In this document: positions 9,809-19,659 of the stretch, piece after piece
How the letters are laid out: every line of letters starts with the position of its first letter
How positions within the stretch are numbered: the stretch's first letter is position 1
Origin: Candidatus Ozemobacteraceae bacterium
GTDB taxonomy: Bacteria > Muiribacteriota > Ozemobacteria > Ozemobacterales > Ozemobacteraceae
Reading direction: 5' to 3'
Length of the DNA stretch: 64,000 nt
Assembly (NCBI GenBank): GCA_965140445.1
Contig: OZ223236.1
Span: forward strand, 2,752,001-2,816,000
Position numbers and translations under genes: made by a program
Notes under the pieces: model-generated
Database searches by the model: none
What the model saw: the letters and a program-made list of their open reading frames with translations, nothing else
What the model was told of the DNA's origin: nothing

Positions 9809-11038
9809 CTATCGTCTGTATTTGGGCTTTTTGCTTAAAATTCTTCTAATTCTTTCTTTCTTTAATCTAAGAATTTCAGTTAGAGATTGGATGTCGGATC
9901 TCTGAGCCAGTCTACTCTTAGGCGCCACTGGTGATGTTAGGTTCAAACTTTTAAGAGCTTCATGGATGATTCCTACGGTTTCAAACCAGGTAACATTTTC
10001 ATCACCAACAAATTTACCATTTGGATAACCCATTGTGATTCCATGCTTTGCTAATACGGCCAGCGCTTCAGCTTCTGAACTGCCAACTGAAACGTCAATG
10101 TATGATGAGGAAGCTGAAGAATCATATTTGTCGCTTCCTGAAATTGTTAGTAGATACTCGATTAGCATTGCAAGTTCTCTTCTCTCAAGGCCATGGAAAG
10201 GCTTTCTATCGCCAAAGAGAGTTTTTAATCTGATTGGATCAGATTTTGCATGCTGCCGGATAAGAATTCCTTCTACCAGATCAGTAGCTTCTTTTATGGA
10301 GATATATGAGTTTCCGTCAAAGCAGGGTCTCAACATAACTCTGTCAAAAGCACCAGCAGATGTTAAATCTTTAATACTATTCATTATTGGATGACTTAAA
10401 GAAATGTCTACGAATTTGATTCCTGAAAAGCTATTGTTTTTTACCATTAATTCTGCTGAGCTTGCTTCATAAAATCGAAATAGAAAGTATACAGCTTCTT
10501 TTCCGGAAAGAGATTTTCTTGCTCCCAGGCTTCCGTTGGGGTAGCCTCTGACAACATATCTTTTCTGAAGGTATGACATTGCTGCATAATATTTTTCAGG
10601 AACTTTGTAGTCCCGATAATTATCTGGTTTTCCTGATTCAAGATCTACAAGATGCAAGTCATGGAGCTTTAGGCATGCTCTGCTGATTGCTTCAATTGCT
10701 GTTTTTCTTGTGATAGTTTGCTGCGTAGGGTAAGAGTTAAAAATTCCAGATTTTTTCAAATCTTTAAGCGTTTCAATTTGGTTCACTCCAAGTAGGTTTA
10801 CTACCTGAACCAATTGTTGACCAAAATCGCCTCTTCGAATTTTGTGGTTTAGACTTCCATTGAAACATTTTTCATATTTTACAATTCCAATTTCCGTTCC
10901 TAAACGCAATTCCCTTGGTAACCTACTTACAGCTAAGCCTGCAAATACATTTCCGAAAATTCCGTTGCTGGAAAAAATTCCAAAGCACAAAAATGCCAGA
11001 AAAACTCCATAGAGATAGTATCTGTTTGCCTCTTTCAT
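9809..11038 (-). CDS. Secreted S-layer homology (SLH) domain protein
   Basis: N-terminal hydrophobic signal. Repeated SLH-like motifs: YRDYKV...VVRGYPNGSL, FVDISLSHP, YIDVSVGS...GITMGYPNGKFVGDENVT. Confidence 0.8.
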   Translation of the reverse strand: MKEANRYYLYGVFLAFLCFGIFSSNGIFGNVFAGLAVSRLPRELRLGTEIGIVKYEKCFNGSLNHKIRRGDFGQQLVQVVNLLGVNQIETLKDLKKSGIFNSYPTQQTITRKTAIEAISRACLKLHDLHLVDLESGKPDNYRDYKVPEKYYAAMSYLQKRYVVRGYPNGSLGARKSLSGKEAVYFLFRFYEASSAELMVKNNSFSGIKFVDISLSHPIMNSIKDLTSAGAFDRVMLRPCFDGNSYISIKEATDLVEGILIRQHAKSDPIRLKTLFGDRKPFHGLERRELAMLIEYLLTISGSDKYDSSASSSYIDVSVGSSEAEALAVLAKHGITMGYPNGKFVGDENVTWFETVGIIHEALKSLNLTSPVAPKSRLAQRSDIQSLTEILRLKKERIRRILSKKPKYRR

Positions 11039-11074
11039 TATTTGTTTGACTCCAATATTTATGATCTAGAAGGT

Positions 11075-11102
11075 CTATCGGCATTGATCTAATTAGAGTT
11101 TA
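11075..11102 (-). promoter_or_regulatory. sigma28 (FliA/SigD)-like promoter upstream of the SLH gene
   Basis: TAAA-16 nt-GCCGATAG, 36 nt before the ATG at 11038. Confidence 0.55.
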
Positions 11103-11695
11103 GAGGTTTTCTTTGAAAAAATTGCAAATATCATAGATATCCAGAAAGCTAAAAGACTTAATACAATTCCCGATTTTCCTGATATGGTAGATGCATAATT
11201 GAAACTGGAATGAAATATTATAGCTGGAACTATGAAAATAGTTTTTTTGTGAATTGAAACAGCTTGGATGCCATGAAAAGATTGGGTAAAGAAGAATCTA
11301 AAAACTAACAATTTTGTATTACACATTCCAAAGGCAATAAACAAAATAGTTTCAAAAAAGCCAATGAAATAGCCGGCTTTAAAAGCAGAATGGCTATTTT
11401 CCACATTTAAATATTCTAAGATAATTAGCCTTAAGAATTCTTCTGTAACTGGGACTATCAAGCAAAGACTTATAAGCGTAGAAGCATTAAAAAATTTGGA
11501 AATCGCAGTTTCAAAGAAAATAGCAAAACCTGCTATTAAAGAAGCGCTTATTGCGAGCTTCAATATCCAGCGAAAATTTTCCTTTGATTCGGTAATCTGA
11601 TTGTAAGCCCCAATAAAACAAAAAGAAGCAATTGTATAAATAGCCAAATACTCGAAATTCAAAAAAAACCGCCTAAAGATTTGATATGCAGACAT
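11093..11695 (-). CDS. PrsW-family intramembrane metalloprotease
   Basis: Multi-TM protein with VPVTEEFLR, GFFET, QSFHG and FHSSFN motifs. Confidence 0.7.
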   Translation of the reverse strand: MSAYQIFRRFFLNFEYLAIYTIASFCFIGAYNQITESKENFRWILKLAISASLIAGFAIFFETAISKFFNASTLISLCLIVPVTEEFLRLIILEYLNVENSHSAFKAGYFIGFFETILFIAFGMCNTKLLVFRFFFTQSFHGIQAVSIHKKTIFIVPAIIFHSSFNYASTISGKSGIVLSLLAFWISMIFAIFSKKTSKL

Positions 11696-11910
11696 GCTTT
11701 GTGCTTAAGAATAACATCGGCAGATCTAGCAACCTCTACTAATTTAGGAAAAAAGAATTAAAATTTGAAAGTTAAAATCGCCATAAAAACTTTTAGTAAA
11801 TAGTTTTAAAACAAATTAGTAAGTTATAAAACATAAATGCAATAAAATGCATGGCAAATAGTAATCTAAAAAGTGCTATAATAGCGAAATATAATGCAGG
11901 AGGCGATGTA

Positions 11911-14469
11911 ATGAAGTTTTCGCTTAAAGGTTTTAGAATTTGTGTTTTAATTTTTTCCTTAATAGGGCTTTTTTCCTTTTCACCAGCTTATTGTGAAGAA
12001 GGAAAAGTTTTTGAGCTGTCAAACGGATTGTCTGTTTTTGTTAAACCATTAAAAACAGCGCCTGTGGTAGCAATAAATATTTGGATCAAAGTTGGCGCAG
12101 TTAATGAAGAAAAGGGCGAAGAAGGTTATGCGCATTTAATTGAACACATGATGTTTAAAGGCACTCCTTCTCATCCTTATGGAAGCCTTGATAATGAGAT
12201 TAAAACCATGGGAGCGTCTCAGAATGCATTTACCTCTTATGACTATACGTGCTACCACGTTACTGGAGCGAAACAGCATTTTGACAAACTTCTTGAGCTT
12301 GAGGCTGATGCGGTTCTAAATAGCTCATTTGATGCAAACGAACTCGATAAAGAAAAGAAAGTTGTAATTGAAGAACTTCGCATGGGAAAAGATAATTCCA
12401 ACCATAGGGTTTTTGATCTTTTAATGGCTGAATCATTTACAACTCATCCTTATAGACACCCAATTGTTGGATATATTAATAACCTGGAAGAAGTGACCAG
12501 AGAAAAGCTTTATTCTTTCTACAGAAAATTTTATGTTCCATCTAATATGTGGGTTGTGGTTGTTGGAGACGTAGATCCGGACCAGGCGTTTGAATCTATT
12601 AAGAAACAATTTGGCAGCGCGCCTAAAGTTCCAAAACCAACACAAATTATAAAAGAAGAACCTTTGCAGACAAGCAGAAGAGAAGTTCAGGCTTTTGGTG
12701 ATATTAAGCAGTCCTTTGTCAGACTTGGATGGAGAGCGCCTGGTATATCAAATCCTGATAACTACACTATGGATGTTATTACTAGAATAGTTGGGGTGGG
12801 AAAATCCTCTCGTTTGCAAAAAACTCTTGTAGATGATGAACAGATTGCCATTGCAGCTGGATGTAATTACTATACCAGCCAATTTCCTTCTCTTTTTATC
12901 GCTGCTGGTGTAACCACTCCTGGAAATACACGAAAATTCATTGAGAGAGCTTCTCAGATTGTATATGAAATGAAGAACGGTGAAATTAGTTCTGAGGAAA
13001 TTGAAAAAGCCAAACAGAAAATTATAGCAGATTCTTTATTTTCAAATGAAACAGCTGAGGATCAGGCAACTAATTATGGCCACTATGCAACATTAACCAG
13101 CCTTGATGATGCTGATAAGTATGTTTCCAGAATAAAAGCCGTATCTATTGATGATATTAAGAGAGTTGCTAATCTTTATTTTGATGATTCAAAACTTACT
13201 GTAGCAACCTATGAACCTAAAAGACCCGAAGCAGATGCTGTTCCAGTAATGCTTACTCTTGATAACGGGTTAAGATTAATTCTCAAAGAAAATCATAGTT
13301 CTCCGATCGTAGCTGTTTCTGTTAAAGTTGGTGCCGGTGGTCTTAGAGAAGGTAAGAAGGAAGCCGGGCTGGGCAACTTAACTCTTCAACTCCTTGCTAA
13401 AGGGGCTAATAAGCTTACTGCAGAAGAGATTGCTGAAAAATTTGACGCAATGGGCACAATTTATTCCGCTGAAAGTAGCAAAAGCTTTGTAACTCTTAAG
13501 CTTCAAGCCCTTAGTGAAAAGTTTATCCCGTCATTGGATCTCTTGATGGATATCCTTGAAAAACCCGATTTTGAAAAGGACGAATTTAACAAAGCTGTAA
13601 AACAAGCTATTGAAGGGCTTAAATATGAAAACGACCAGCTTTTTTATTCTACCCTTTACGGAACACTTGAAAAAGCTTTTGATGGAACGCCTTTAGCATA
13701 TCCAACTGATGGGACGATTAAAGATCTCGAAAAAATGAATCGAAGTGATGTAAAAGAATTCCATAAAAAATATTATGTTGGATCAAATATGGTAATTTCA
13801 ATTGTTGGAGATTTTTACCTTAAAGAGGTTAAAGATAAGCTTCTCGAAACTTTTGGAAGAATTTCAAAAGGCCGTGAAAAAGATTTAAAACCTTTCAAAC
13901 TTGATGAAATCAAAGAGCCTGTTATTGTTGATATGCAAAAAAATCGTGAGCAGGCACAGATAATGTATTTGTGTCGTACTTTTCCCGATAGCAGTGAAAA
14001 GTCTCTTCCAATGCTTGCCTTAAATAATATTCTCTCAGGGAGCATGTCTTCAAGATTATTTAAGAACTTAAGAGCAAAAGATTCTCTAGCCTATTCAACC
14101 TGGTCGTGGAATGTTGGCTATTTAAATGCTGGTTATTTTATGGCAACGTTAAGCACTGCAGCCAATAAAGTTGCCACTGCCACAAAGCGTTTAAAGGAAG
14201 AACTGGTTAGTATTAGAGATGAAAGCTTTACTGATAAAGAACTTGAAGATGCTAAAAAATACCTTATCGGACAAAAAGCTTTAAGTCTTGTTTCCAATCT
14301 ATCTCAGGCAGATGATTTTGCTGGAAACGAATTTTTTGGAAAAGGCTATGATTATTCATTCAAGTATCCTAAGTTAATTGCATCAATTACCAGATTACAG
14401 GTAGAGACTGTGGCGAAAGATTATATCTTGGCCAGCGACACCTACTTTCTTGGGGTTACTAAGCCTTAA
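11911..14469 (+). CDS. Secreted M16 (pitrilysin-like) zinc protease, fused active and inactive halves
   Basis: HLIEHMMFKG (HxxEH), NAFTSYDYT, VVIEE. The second half lacks HxxEH. SD AGGAGG precedes ATG 11911, followed by a signal peptide. Confidence 0.93.
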   Translation: MKFSLKGFRICVLIFSLIGLFSFSPAYCEEGKVFELSNGLSVFVKPLKTAPVVAINIWIKVGAVNEEKGEEGYAHLIEHMMFKGTPSHPYGSLDNEIKTMGASQNAFTSYDYTCYHVTGAKQHFDKLLELEADAVLNSSFDANELDKEKKVVIEELRMGKDNSNHRVFDLLMAESFTTHPYRHPIVGYINNLEEVTREKLYSFYRKFYVPSNMWVVVVGDVDPDQAFESIKKQFGSAPKVPKPTQIIKEEPLQTSRREVQAFGDIKQSFVRLGWRAPGISNPDNYTMDVITRIVGVGKSSRLQKTLVDDEQIAIAAGCNYYTSQFPSLFIAAGVTTPGNTRKFIERASQIVYEMKNGEISSEEIEKAKQKIIADSLFSNETAEDQATNYGHYATLTSLDDADKYVSRIKAVSIDDIKRVANLYFDDSKLTVATYEPKRPEADAVPVMLTLDNGLRLILKENHSSPIVAVSVKVGAGGLREGKKEAGLGNLTLQLLAKGANKLTAEEIAEKFDAMGTIYSAESSKSFVTLKLQALSEKFIPSLDLLMDILEKPDFEKDEFNKAVKQAIEGLKYENDQLFYSTLYGTLEKAFDGTPLAYPTDGTIKDLEKMNRSDVKEFHKKYYVGSNMVISIVGDFYLKEVKDKLLETFGRISKGREKDLKPFKLDEIKEPVIVDMQKNREQAQIMYLCRTFPDSSEKSLPMLALNNILSGSMSSRLFKNLRAKDSLAYSTWSWNVGYLNAGYFMATLSTAANKVATATKRLKEELVSIRDESFTDKELEDAKKYLIGQKALSLVSNLSQADDFAGNEFFGKGYDYSFKYPKLIASITRLQVETVAKDYILASDTYFLGVTKP

Positions 14470-14485
14470 ATTCCAGTTAAAATAG

Positions 14486-14523
14486 AAAACTCCGCTCAAT
14501 GTTTATTTGAGCGGAGTTTTTTT
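14486..14523. terminator. Bidirectional intrinsic terminator
   Basis: aaaactccgctcaa-tgttta(t)-ttgagcggagttttttt. Confidence 0.85.
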
Positions 14524-14539
14524 GTGGATGATTATCTGT

Positions 14540-14881
14540 TTACTGTTTTTTTACAAACTCAGACTTAAGCTTCATTGGCCCAATTCCTGGAATTTTACAG
14601 TCAATATTGTGATCCCCTTCAACTAGTCGAATGTTTTTTACTTTGGTGCCAACTTTGACTACTGAAGAAGTCCCTTTAATTTTTAAATCCTTAATAACGG
14701 TGATGCTATCGCCATCTACCAATGTATTCCCATTTGCATCAACATACTTTGTTTCGGTTTCTGAGGCCGATGAATCAGCACTGGCAGACCACTCATGGGC
14801 GCACTCGGGGCAAATAAACATAATTCCATCCTGATATGTATATTCACATTCACATTTTGGGCAATTAGGCATATCGTTCAT
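14540..14881 (-). CDS. yjdM: YjdM/PhnA-family zinc-ribbon protein
   Basis: CPKC...[53 protein letters not shown]. Confidence 0.93.
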   Translation of the reverse strand: MNDMPNCPKCECEYTYQDGIMFICPECAHEWSASADSSASETETKYVDANGNTLVDGDSITVIKDLKIKGTSSVVKVGTKVKNIRLVEGDHNIDCKIPGIGPMKLKSEFVKKQ

Positions 14882-14924
14882 ATTGTGTCCTTATCTAATG
14901 AAAAATTTTGTAGTAGCTAAATGT

Positions 14925-15518
14925 TTATCGTTTTATTCCAATAATGTAAACATGTTTAGCTGGCCATTGATCAATTTCCAGGTGTCTGCAACTTACCCCA
15001 TTGGCCGATAGAATCCTTAAATTGCCATCAATTCCTATGGAGCTGTAATGAAAAGTGTCATCGTGCCATGTGTCATCATGCTCTCCATTTGCGTCTCCAA
15101 AAGTATAGATTAATGTTCCATCTTTGGCCAGTAGATTGCAAAGCTTTGTGACAACAGGTTCCTGTTTATCCAATGGAAGGTGAAAAATACTGTCCCAGGC
15201 TACAATAAAGTCAAATTTTTCAGTTGTTTCAAAATTACAAATATCCTGAACAAAAAATTGATCATTTGGGTGATTTTTCCTGGCAAGTTTAATCATTTCT
15301 TTGGAAACATCTAACCCTGTAATCTGGAAATTGTGCTGCTGAAGTATGCGAACGAACCTGCCCCCAGCTCCGCAACCTACGTCCAGAGCTTTTCCATTCT
15401 TAGAGGAATAGGCGACTGCTTTTTCAAATTGATTTATTCCGTAATCAGAATTTCGATGTCTCTCATCCCACCAAGTGGCTATTTTATCGTATTTAATACC
15501 AAGAATTTTAGGTTCCAT
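14925..15518 (-). CDS. Class I SAM-dependent methyltransferase
   Basis: ALDVGCGAG, GLDVSKEMI, FDFIVAWDSIFH. Confidence 0.9.
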   Translation of the reverse strand: MEPKILGIKYDKIATWWDERHRNSDYGINQFEKAVAYSSKNGKALDVGCGAGGRFVRILQQHNFQITGLDVSKEMIKLARKNHPNDQFFVQDICNFETTEKFDFIVAWDSIFHLPLDKQEPVVTKLCNLLAKDGTLIYTFGDANGEHDDTWHDDTFHYSSIGIDGNLRILSANGVSCRHLEIDQWPAKHVYIIGIKR

Positions 15519-15526
15519 TTTTCTCT

Positions 15527-15952
15527 CTATTCTGTTTTTCTAAACGGAAGCTTTATTGCGTCCCAAAGCGACTGGGTAACAATCAAACCGGGAAGCAAAA
15601 TAAGTGAAAGCGTTAACAGGCCTCTGTTTACATTGTCTGAGCCAGTAAATGGGTTATCGACGGTTTGTCCACGACTATTCACCATTCCAAGGTTGTTCAT
15701 GTCTGGCATGGGTCTGACAAAAAAAGCGAAAAAAAGGTAAACAAAAAGACCATAAACAGCATACATCCACTCTTTTAACGTAGATGGGGAAAAATATTCT
15801 TTTACTGCATAAAAGTATAAGCAAATCAGGATTATGGATACTATCAGGCCGACAACTATTGTCCATGGTTTTCTTTGAGGAGAAGGCTCTGGAGTTACTC
15901 CAAGGCTTCCCTGGCTGTTGTTCAAAACATTTTTATGACCAAAAATACTCAT
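15527..15952 (-). CDS. Hypothetical membrane protein (3 TM)
   Basis: Three hydrophobic segments; co-directional and closely spaced with the methyltransferase and yjdM. Confidence 0.7.
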   Translation of the reverse strand: MSIFGHKNVLNNSQGSLGVTPEPSPQRKPWTIVVGLIVSIILICLYFYAVKEYFSPSTLKEWMYAVYGLFVYLFFAFFVRPMPDMNNLGMVNSRGQTVDNPFTGSDNVNRGLLTLSLILLPGLIVTQSLWDAIKLPFRKTE

Positions 15953-16156
15953 TGAAAACTATTCCTCTGGATGATCAAAGTAATAATAAAGGTAGCAGAT
16001 GATTCTAATTAAAACAAATTCAGCATTTGAACTTTATTAGCTTTCGATTCGCTACTTGTTGATAACTTTTTTTGATTTGAAAAAAGCTTTTTGCATGCTA
16101 AGTTCAAATTGAATAGAAAAGTAGTTTTAACAAAAATTTTGGGAGGAATACCGGGA

Positions 16157-17104
16157 ATGAAAAAATCAAAGGCCTTTTTGACAGTATTTTTTGGTATTTT
16201 CGCTTTCTCCATTGCTATGTATGCGCAAACCAACAATAGAGAAGAGCAATTGCCCGATTTAAAGGTTCAGCATCTCATTAAGAATTCCCCGGAAACCGCT
16301 GAATTTTTTTTGTTAGAAGCCATTTTTAAATCGGATCTTGCAACAATCGATCATCTTTTAGAAAATGGATTAAACCCAAATTGCATATTTAAAAAGTTTC
16401 CAAATGGTAAAACTGACCGTGAGAAGCACTCAATGGTTGGATTTATGATCGGAGGAGTTACTCCTCTTATGGCAGCCACAATCTATGAGGATAAGGCCAT
16501 TATTAAACACCTTATTAATAGGGGCGCCAACCCAAATTTTGCATCAGAAAAGAATGATCAAACTCATCACTTATGGTTACCGCTCACATTAGCTTGCTTG
16601 ATTAATTCCCCTGATTGTGTGGAGACCTTAATCGAAAATGGGGCAGATGTAAAAATCAAAGACTCACTTGGCCGTAGCTTAGCATTTTATGCTTTTGTAG
16701 ATGGGGCTAATTATAGTGGAGAAACTTCAAGAGATATGTTGGAGCAGGTCCTTGCAAAGCATGGAATCACCAAAATGGATCGTGACAATAAAGGAGAGTC
16801 TGTTTTAGATTGGCTCAAAAAATTGAAATTGGCAAAAGAAGCTTCTTTAAAATTTAATAATGGAGATTCTAAAAGTAACTGTAAAAAGATCTTACAAATA
16901 TTAACAGGAGCTATGGAATTTTATTCTATGGACAACCCAGATGGTGCAAAAAGCATTAAGAAGATTGGATTTGCAGATGATGATCCATTAGTTAAGAATG
17001 GCTACCTGAAACATGGAATAATAACACCTGAAGGCTGTTCTTATATTCAAGTGAATGGAGATTGGAAAGACATAAGATGTTCGAAGCACGGTAAGTTAAA
17101 TTGA
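16157..17104 (+). CDS. Secreted ankyrin-repeat protein with pilin-like Cys-containing C-terminal domain
   Basis: SD GGAGG then a signal peptide. Ankyrin motifs GVTPLMAA...LINRGANPN and LIENGADVKIKDSLGRS. C-terminus CKKILQILTGAMEFYSMD...LVKNGYLK...C...CSKHG. Confidence 0.75.
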   Translation: MKKSKAFLTVFFGIFAFSIAMYAQTNNREEQLPDLKVQHLIKNSPETAEFFLLEAIFKSDLATIDHLLENGLNPNCIFKKFPNGKTDREKHSMVGFMIGGVTPLMAATIYEDKAIIKHLINRGANPNFASEKNDQTHHLWLPLTLACLINSPDCVETLIENGADVKIKDSLGRSLAFYAFVDGANYSGETSRDMLEQVLAKHGITKMDRDNKGESVLDWLKKLKLAKEASLKFNNGDSKSNCKKILQILTGAMEFYSMDNPDGAKSIKKIGFADDDPLVKNGYLKHGIITPEGCSYIQVNGDWKDIRCSKHGKLN

Positions 17105-17119
17105 CGGAAAAATCTGTGG

Positions 17120-17812
17120 TTAATGATACAAACTACCTATTTTTGTTAAGAGTGGAACCTTGATGTGTTTCTGAATCCTTCTCACAGTTTCTCTTGCCTC
17201 CGTGATTGAGTCTATTTTAGGCATTAAAATAACTTTGTGTCCATCGTTCATCTCAAGAGCCATTTCGCAGTAGCGATTTGGATTCAATCCATAGCTGCAT
17301 GGTTCGGAATCATGAGTGGAAAAGCTTCCAGATGGTTGGCAGGCATTGTCTTTTAAAACTTTTAAGTGTATACCCTTTATTTCTGAAATATGGTAAATCC
17401 TGTTTTTGGTTTTTAAGCCTATTAAACAACAGGTTTTTATGCTTATCATTTGGTCAAAATCGCTGAATTCTATTTCTCGATAAGCGTCTTTGATGAAGTC
17501 ATACATTACTTTTATGAAGAAAAATCTTGCAGTGTTTAAAAATAGGTTAAAAAAAAGTAGAAAAGGTTCAAAGGGGTCAGAGAACAAGGCTATTGTACTT
17601 GTGAAAATGGAACATGTTACTGGAATTGAAAAAATGAATCCCAAAAAAGCTATTAAATAAAAAGAAGAGTCTTTTTGAAAAGAAATAGAAAAGCCCTTTT
17701 CTGGTTCCTCCTTAAAAATAAAATCATGCCGCCAGACTTTTGCAGGCAATTTTTTAGAAAAGAGATTTAAATTTATTTTACTAAAGCAGTTTTCTTGTAT
17801 TTGTTTTTGCAT
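17120..17812 (-). CDS. Hypothetical membrane protein (2 TM plus soluble domain)
   Basis: 230-aa ORF with two hydrophobic segments; start uncertain. Confidence 0.65.
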   Translation of the reverse strand: MQKQIQENCFSKINLNLFSKKLPAKVWRHDFIFKEEPEKGFSISFQKDSSFYLIAFLGFIFSIPVTCSIFTSTIALFSDPFEPFLLFFNLFLNTARFFFIKVMYDFIKDAYREIEFSDFDQMISIKTCCLIGLKTKNRIYHISEIKGIHLKVLKDNACQPSGSFSTHDSEPCSYGLNPNRYCEMALEMNDGHKVILMPKIDSITEARETVRRIQKHIKVPLLTKIGSLYH

Positions 17813-17824
17813 GTAAAATCAATT

Positions 17825-17840
17825 TGCAATTTGCATGCCA
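17825..17840 (-). promoter_or_regulatory. sigma54 (-24/-12) promoter-like site
   Basis: TGGCATGCAAATTGCA matches TGGCAYG-N4-TTGCW with correct GG-N10-GC spacing. Confidence 0.55.
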
Positions 17841-17865
17841 AATGTAGAAAACTGGATTGATTTTG

Positions 17866-17915
17866 TAATAAAAAGAACGGGATATTCCTGAAAGAATATC
17901 CCGTTCTTTTTATTA
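17866..17915. terminator. Strong intrinsic terminator (22-bp perfect inverted repeat) ending the murC unit
   Basis: taataaaaagaacgggatattc-ctgaaa-gaatatcccgttctttttatta. Confidence 0.9.
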
Positions 17916-17925
17916 ATTAATAAAC

Positions 17926-18039
17926 TTAGGAGCCGTATCGCTCCTTAATAAAATCCAGAACTTTAAATCCAAATGAGACTGAAGCTCTTGATAAAACTAC
18001 GGCTACACTGAATAGGAAAACTGCGGTTAAGATTGTCAT
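17926..18039 (-). CDS. Small (37 aa) hydrophobic peptide downstream of murC, not in ORF track
   Basis: MTILTAVFLFSVAVVLSRASVSFGFKVLDFIKERYGS*. GGAG SD 7 nt before the ATG. The ORF fills the gap between murC and the terminator. Confidence 0.65.
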   Translation of the reverse strand: MTILTAVFLFSVAVVLSRASVSFGFKVLDFIKERYGS

Positions 18040-18055
18040 TTTTTTCTCCGGTGGG

Positions 18056-19465
18056 TTACACAGCCGCTTCTACGTGAAGCGTGTCAAAGCTACGACTTTT
18101 CATTGACTCCAGGAATTGTGGTCCAAGATGGGTTACATTTCCAGCACCCATAGTGAAAACAACATCGCCAGGCTCTACAAAGTCCATTAAATGGAGTTTT
18201 ACGTCTTCAACGTTTTTTACCATTTTTACTTTTCGTCGATGTGAAACTGGCATATGGTCAAGAATTACTTTGCTGGTAACTCCAGGGATAGGTTCTTCGG
18301 AAGCGGCATATATATCGGTGATAAAAAGCTTATCGCAGTCGTCAAAGCAGCGTCCAAATTCCTGTGACAAAAACAGAGTTCTTGAATAACGATGGGGCTG
18401 AAAAACTACTACAACTCTATTTGCGCCAATACTTTTAGCTGCTTCAAGGGTTGCTTTAATTTCATTTGGGTGATGCCCGTAGTCGTCAATAACAGTGATG
18501 CCATCGTGATGGCCTTTAATTTCAAATCTTCTACCAGCGCCTTTGAATTTTTTTATAGTGCGTTGGATTTCTTCAATTTCCATTCCAAGATCAAGGCAAA
18601 AACAGATTGCGGGAAGAGCGTTAAGTATGTTGTGCTCTCCAGGAACCGAAAGTTCGATTCGGCCTTTTTTTATTCCACCAATGGTGAGATCAAAAGATGC
18701 ACCATAGGGTAAAAATTCTATATTTTTAGCCATTACATCAGCTGGATTGTTTATGCCGTAGGTAATGGTTCTAAGTCCTTCAGGAAGTCCTACATTTCTT
18801 GTTATTGCATCATCAGCACAAATATATAATCCGCCTTCAGGGTTTATATGGCTGGCAAAAACTTCGAAGGATTTAACGATTGCATCAAGGCTTGAATAAT
18901 GATCCATGTGGTCATTATCAATATTGGTAATAATTCCATGACTTGCAAAATATTTTAAGAAAGTTGCGTCACTTTCGTCGGCTTCTGCGACAAAAACTCC
19001 AGAGTTTCCTGAGCAGGAATTACCATCAAGAGCTTCAACAAATCCGCCTATGACACAAGTCGGGTCTTTTTTGGCAAGCTTCAAAACAGTTGCAATCATT
19101 GAGCTAACTGTTGTTTTTCCGTGGCAACCAGCAACTGCAACACTGGAATCTGAATCCAGGAAAAGTTCAGCAAGTAAATCTGAACGATGATATATTGCAA
19201 TGTTTCGGGCCTTAGCCTCGATTAATTCAGGGTTGTTAGATGAGATCGCAGTAGAAACAATTACTCTACCGGTGTTCTCTGGCAAATTATTGGAGTCGTG
19301 TCCGATAAAAACTTGTGCACCTTGTTTTCTTAATTCTACAACATGCTTGTTTTCGGAAATGTCTGAACCAGATACTTCGTGCCCTTTGTGGAGATAGATA
19401 CTGGCGAGACCGCTCATTCCAACTCCGCCGATACCGATGAAATGAATCCCGTTTCGACGTTCCAT
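18056..19465 (-). CDS. murC: UDP-N-acetylmuramate--L-alanine ligase
   Basis: IHFIGIGGVGMSGLA, AGCHGKTT, EADESD, DDYGHHPNEI, FQPHRYSRT, TMGAG. Confidence 0.97.
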   Translation of the reverse strand: MERRNGIHFIGIGGVGMSGLASIYLHKGHEVSGSDISENKHVVELRKQGAQVFIGHDSNNLPENTGRVIVSTAISSNNPELIEAKARNIAIYHRSDLLAELFLDSDSSVAVAGCHGKTTVSSMIATVLKLAKKDPTCVIGGFVEALDGNSCSGNSGVFVAEADESDATFLKYFASHGIITNIDNDHMDHYSSLDAIVKSFEVFASHINPEGGLYICADDAITRNVGLPEGLRTITYGINNPADVMAKNIEFLPYGASFDLTIGGIKKGRIELSVPGEHNILNALPAICFCLDLGMEIEEIQRTIKKFKGAGRRFEIKGHHDGITVIDDYGHHPNEIKATLEAAKSIGANRVVVVFQPHRYSRTLFLSQEFGRCFDDCDKLFITDIYAASEEPIPGVTSKVILDHMPVSHRRKVKMVKNVEDVKLHLMDFVEPGDVVFTMGAGNVTHLGPQFLESMKSRSFDTLHVEAAV

Positions 19466-19524
19466 TATATTTATTTACTGCCTCCTTGCAATTGCCTGCT
19501 TGTGCAGGATTTTCTTCTCGATAT

Positions 19525-19551
19525 CTATCGACACAAATCTATCGATACTTA
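19525..19551 (-). promoter_or_regulatory. sigma28-like promoter upstream of murC
   Basis: TAAG-15 nt-GTCGATAG, about 60 nt before the ATG (SD AAGGAGG present). Confidence 0.4.
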
Positions 19552-19659
19552 AGAAAAAAATATTCAATTGCTTTCTTCGTTTTGGAATGAACCACTCAGC
19601 AAATTTTGCCGGATTAAACTAGCACAGAATAGACGTTAATGCAAATGAAATTGAAGGAA

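Noticed and set aside
16085..16101. sigma54-like TAGCATGCAAAAAGC on the minus strand
   Set aside because: Lacks the invariant GG at -24
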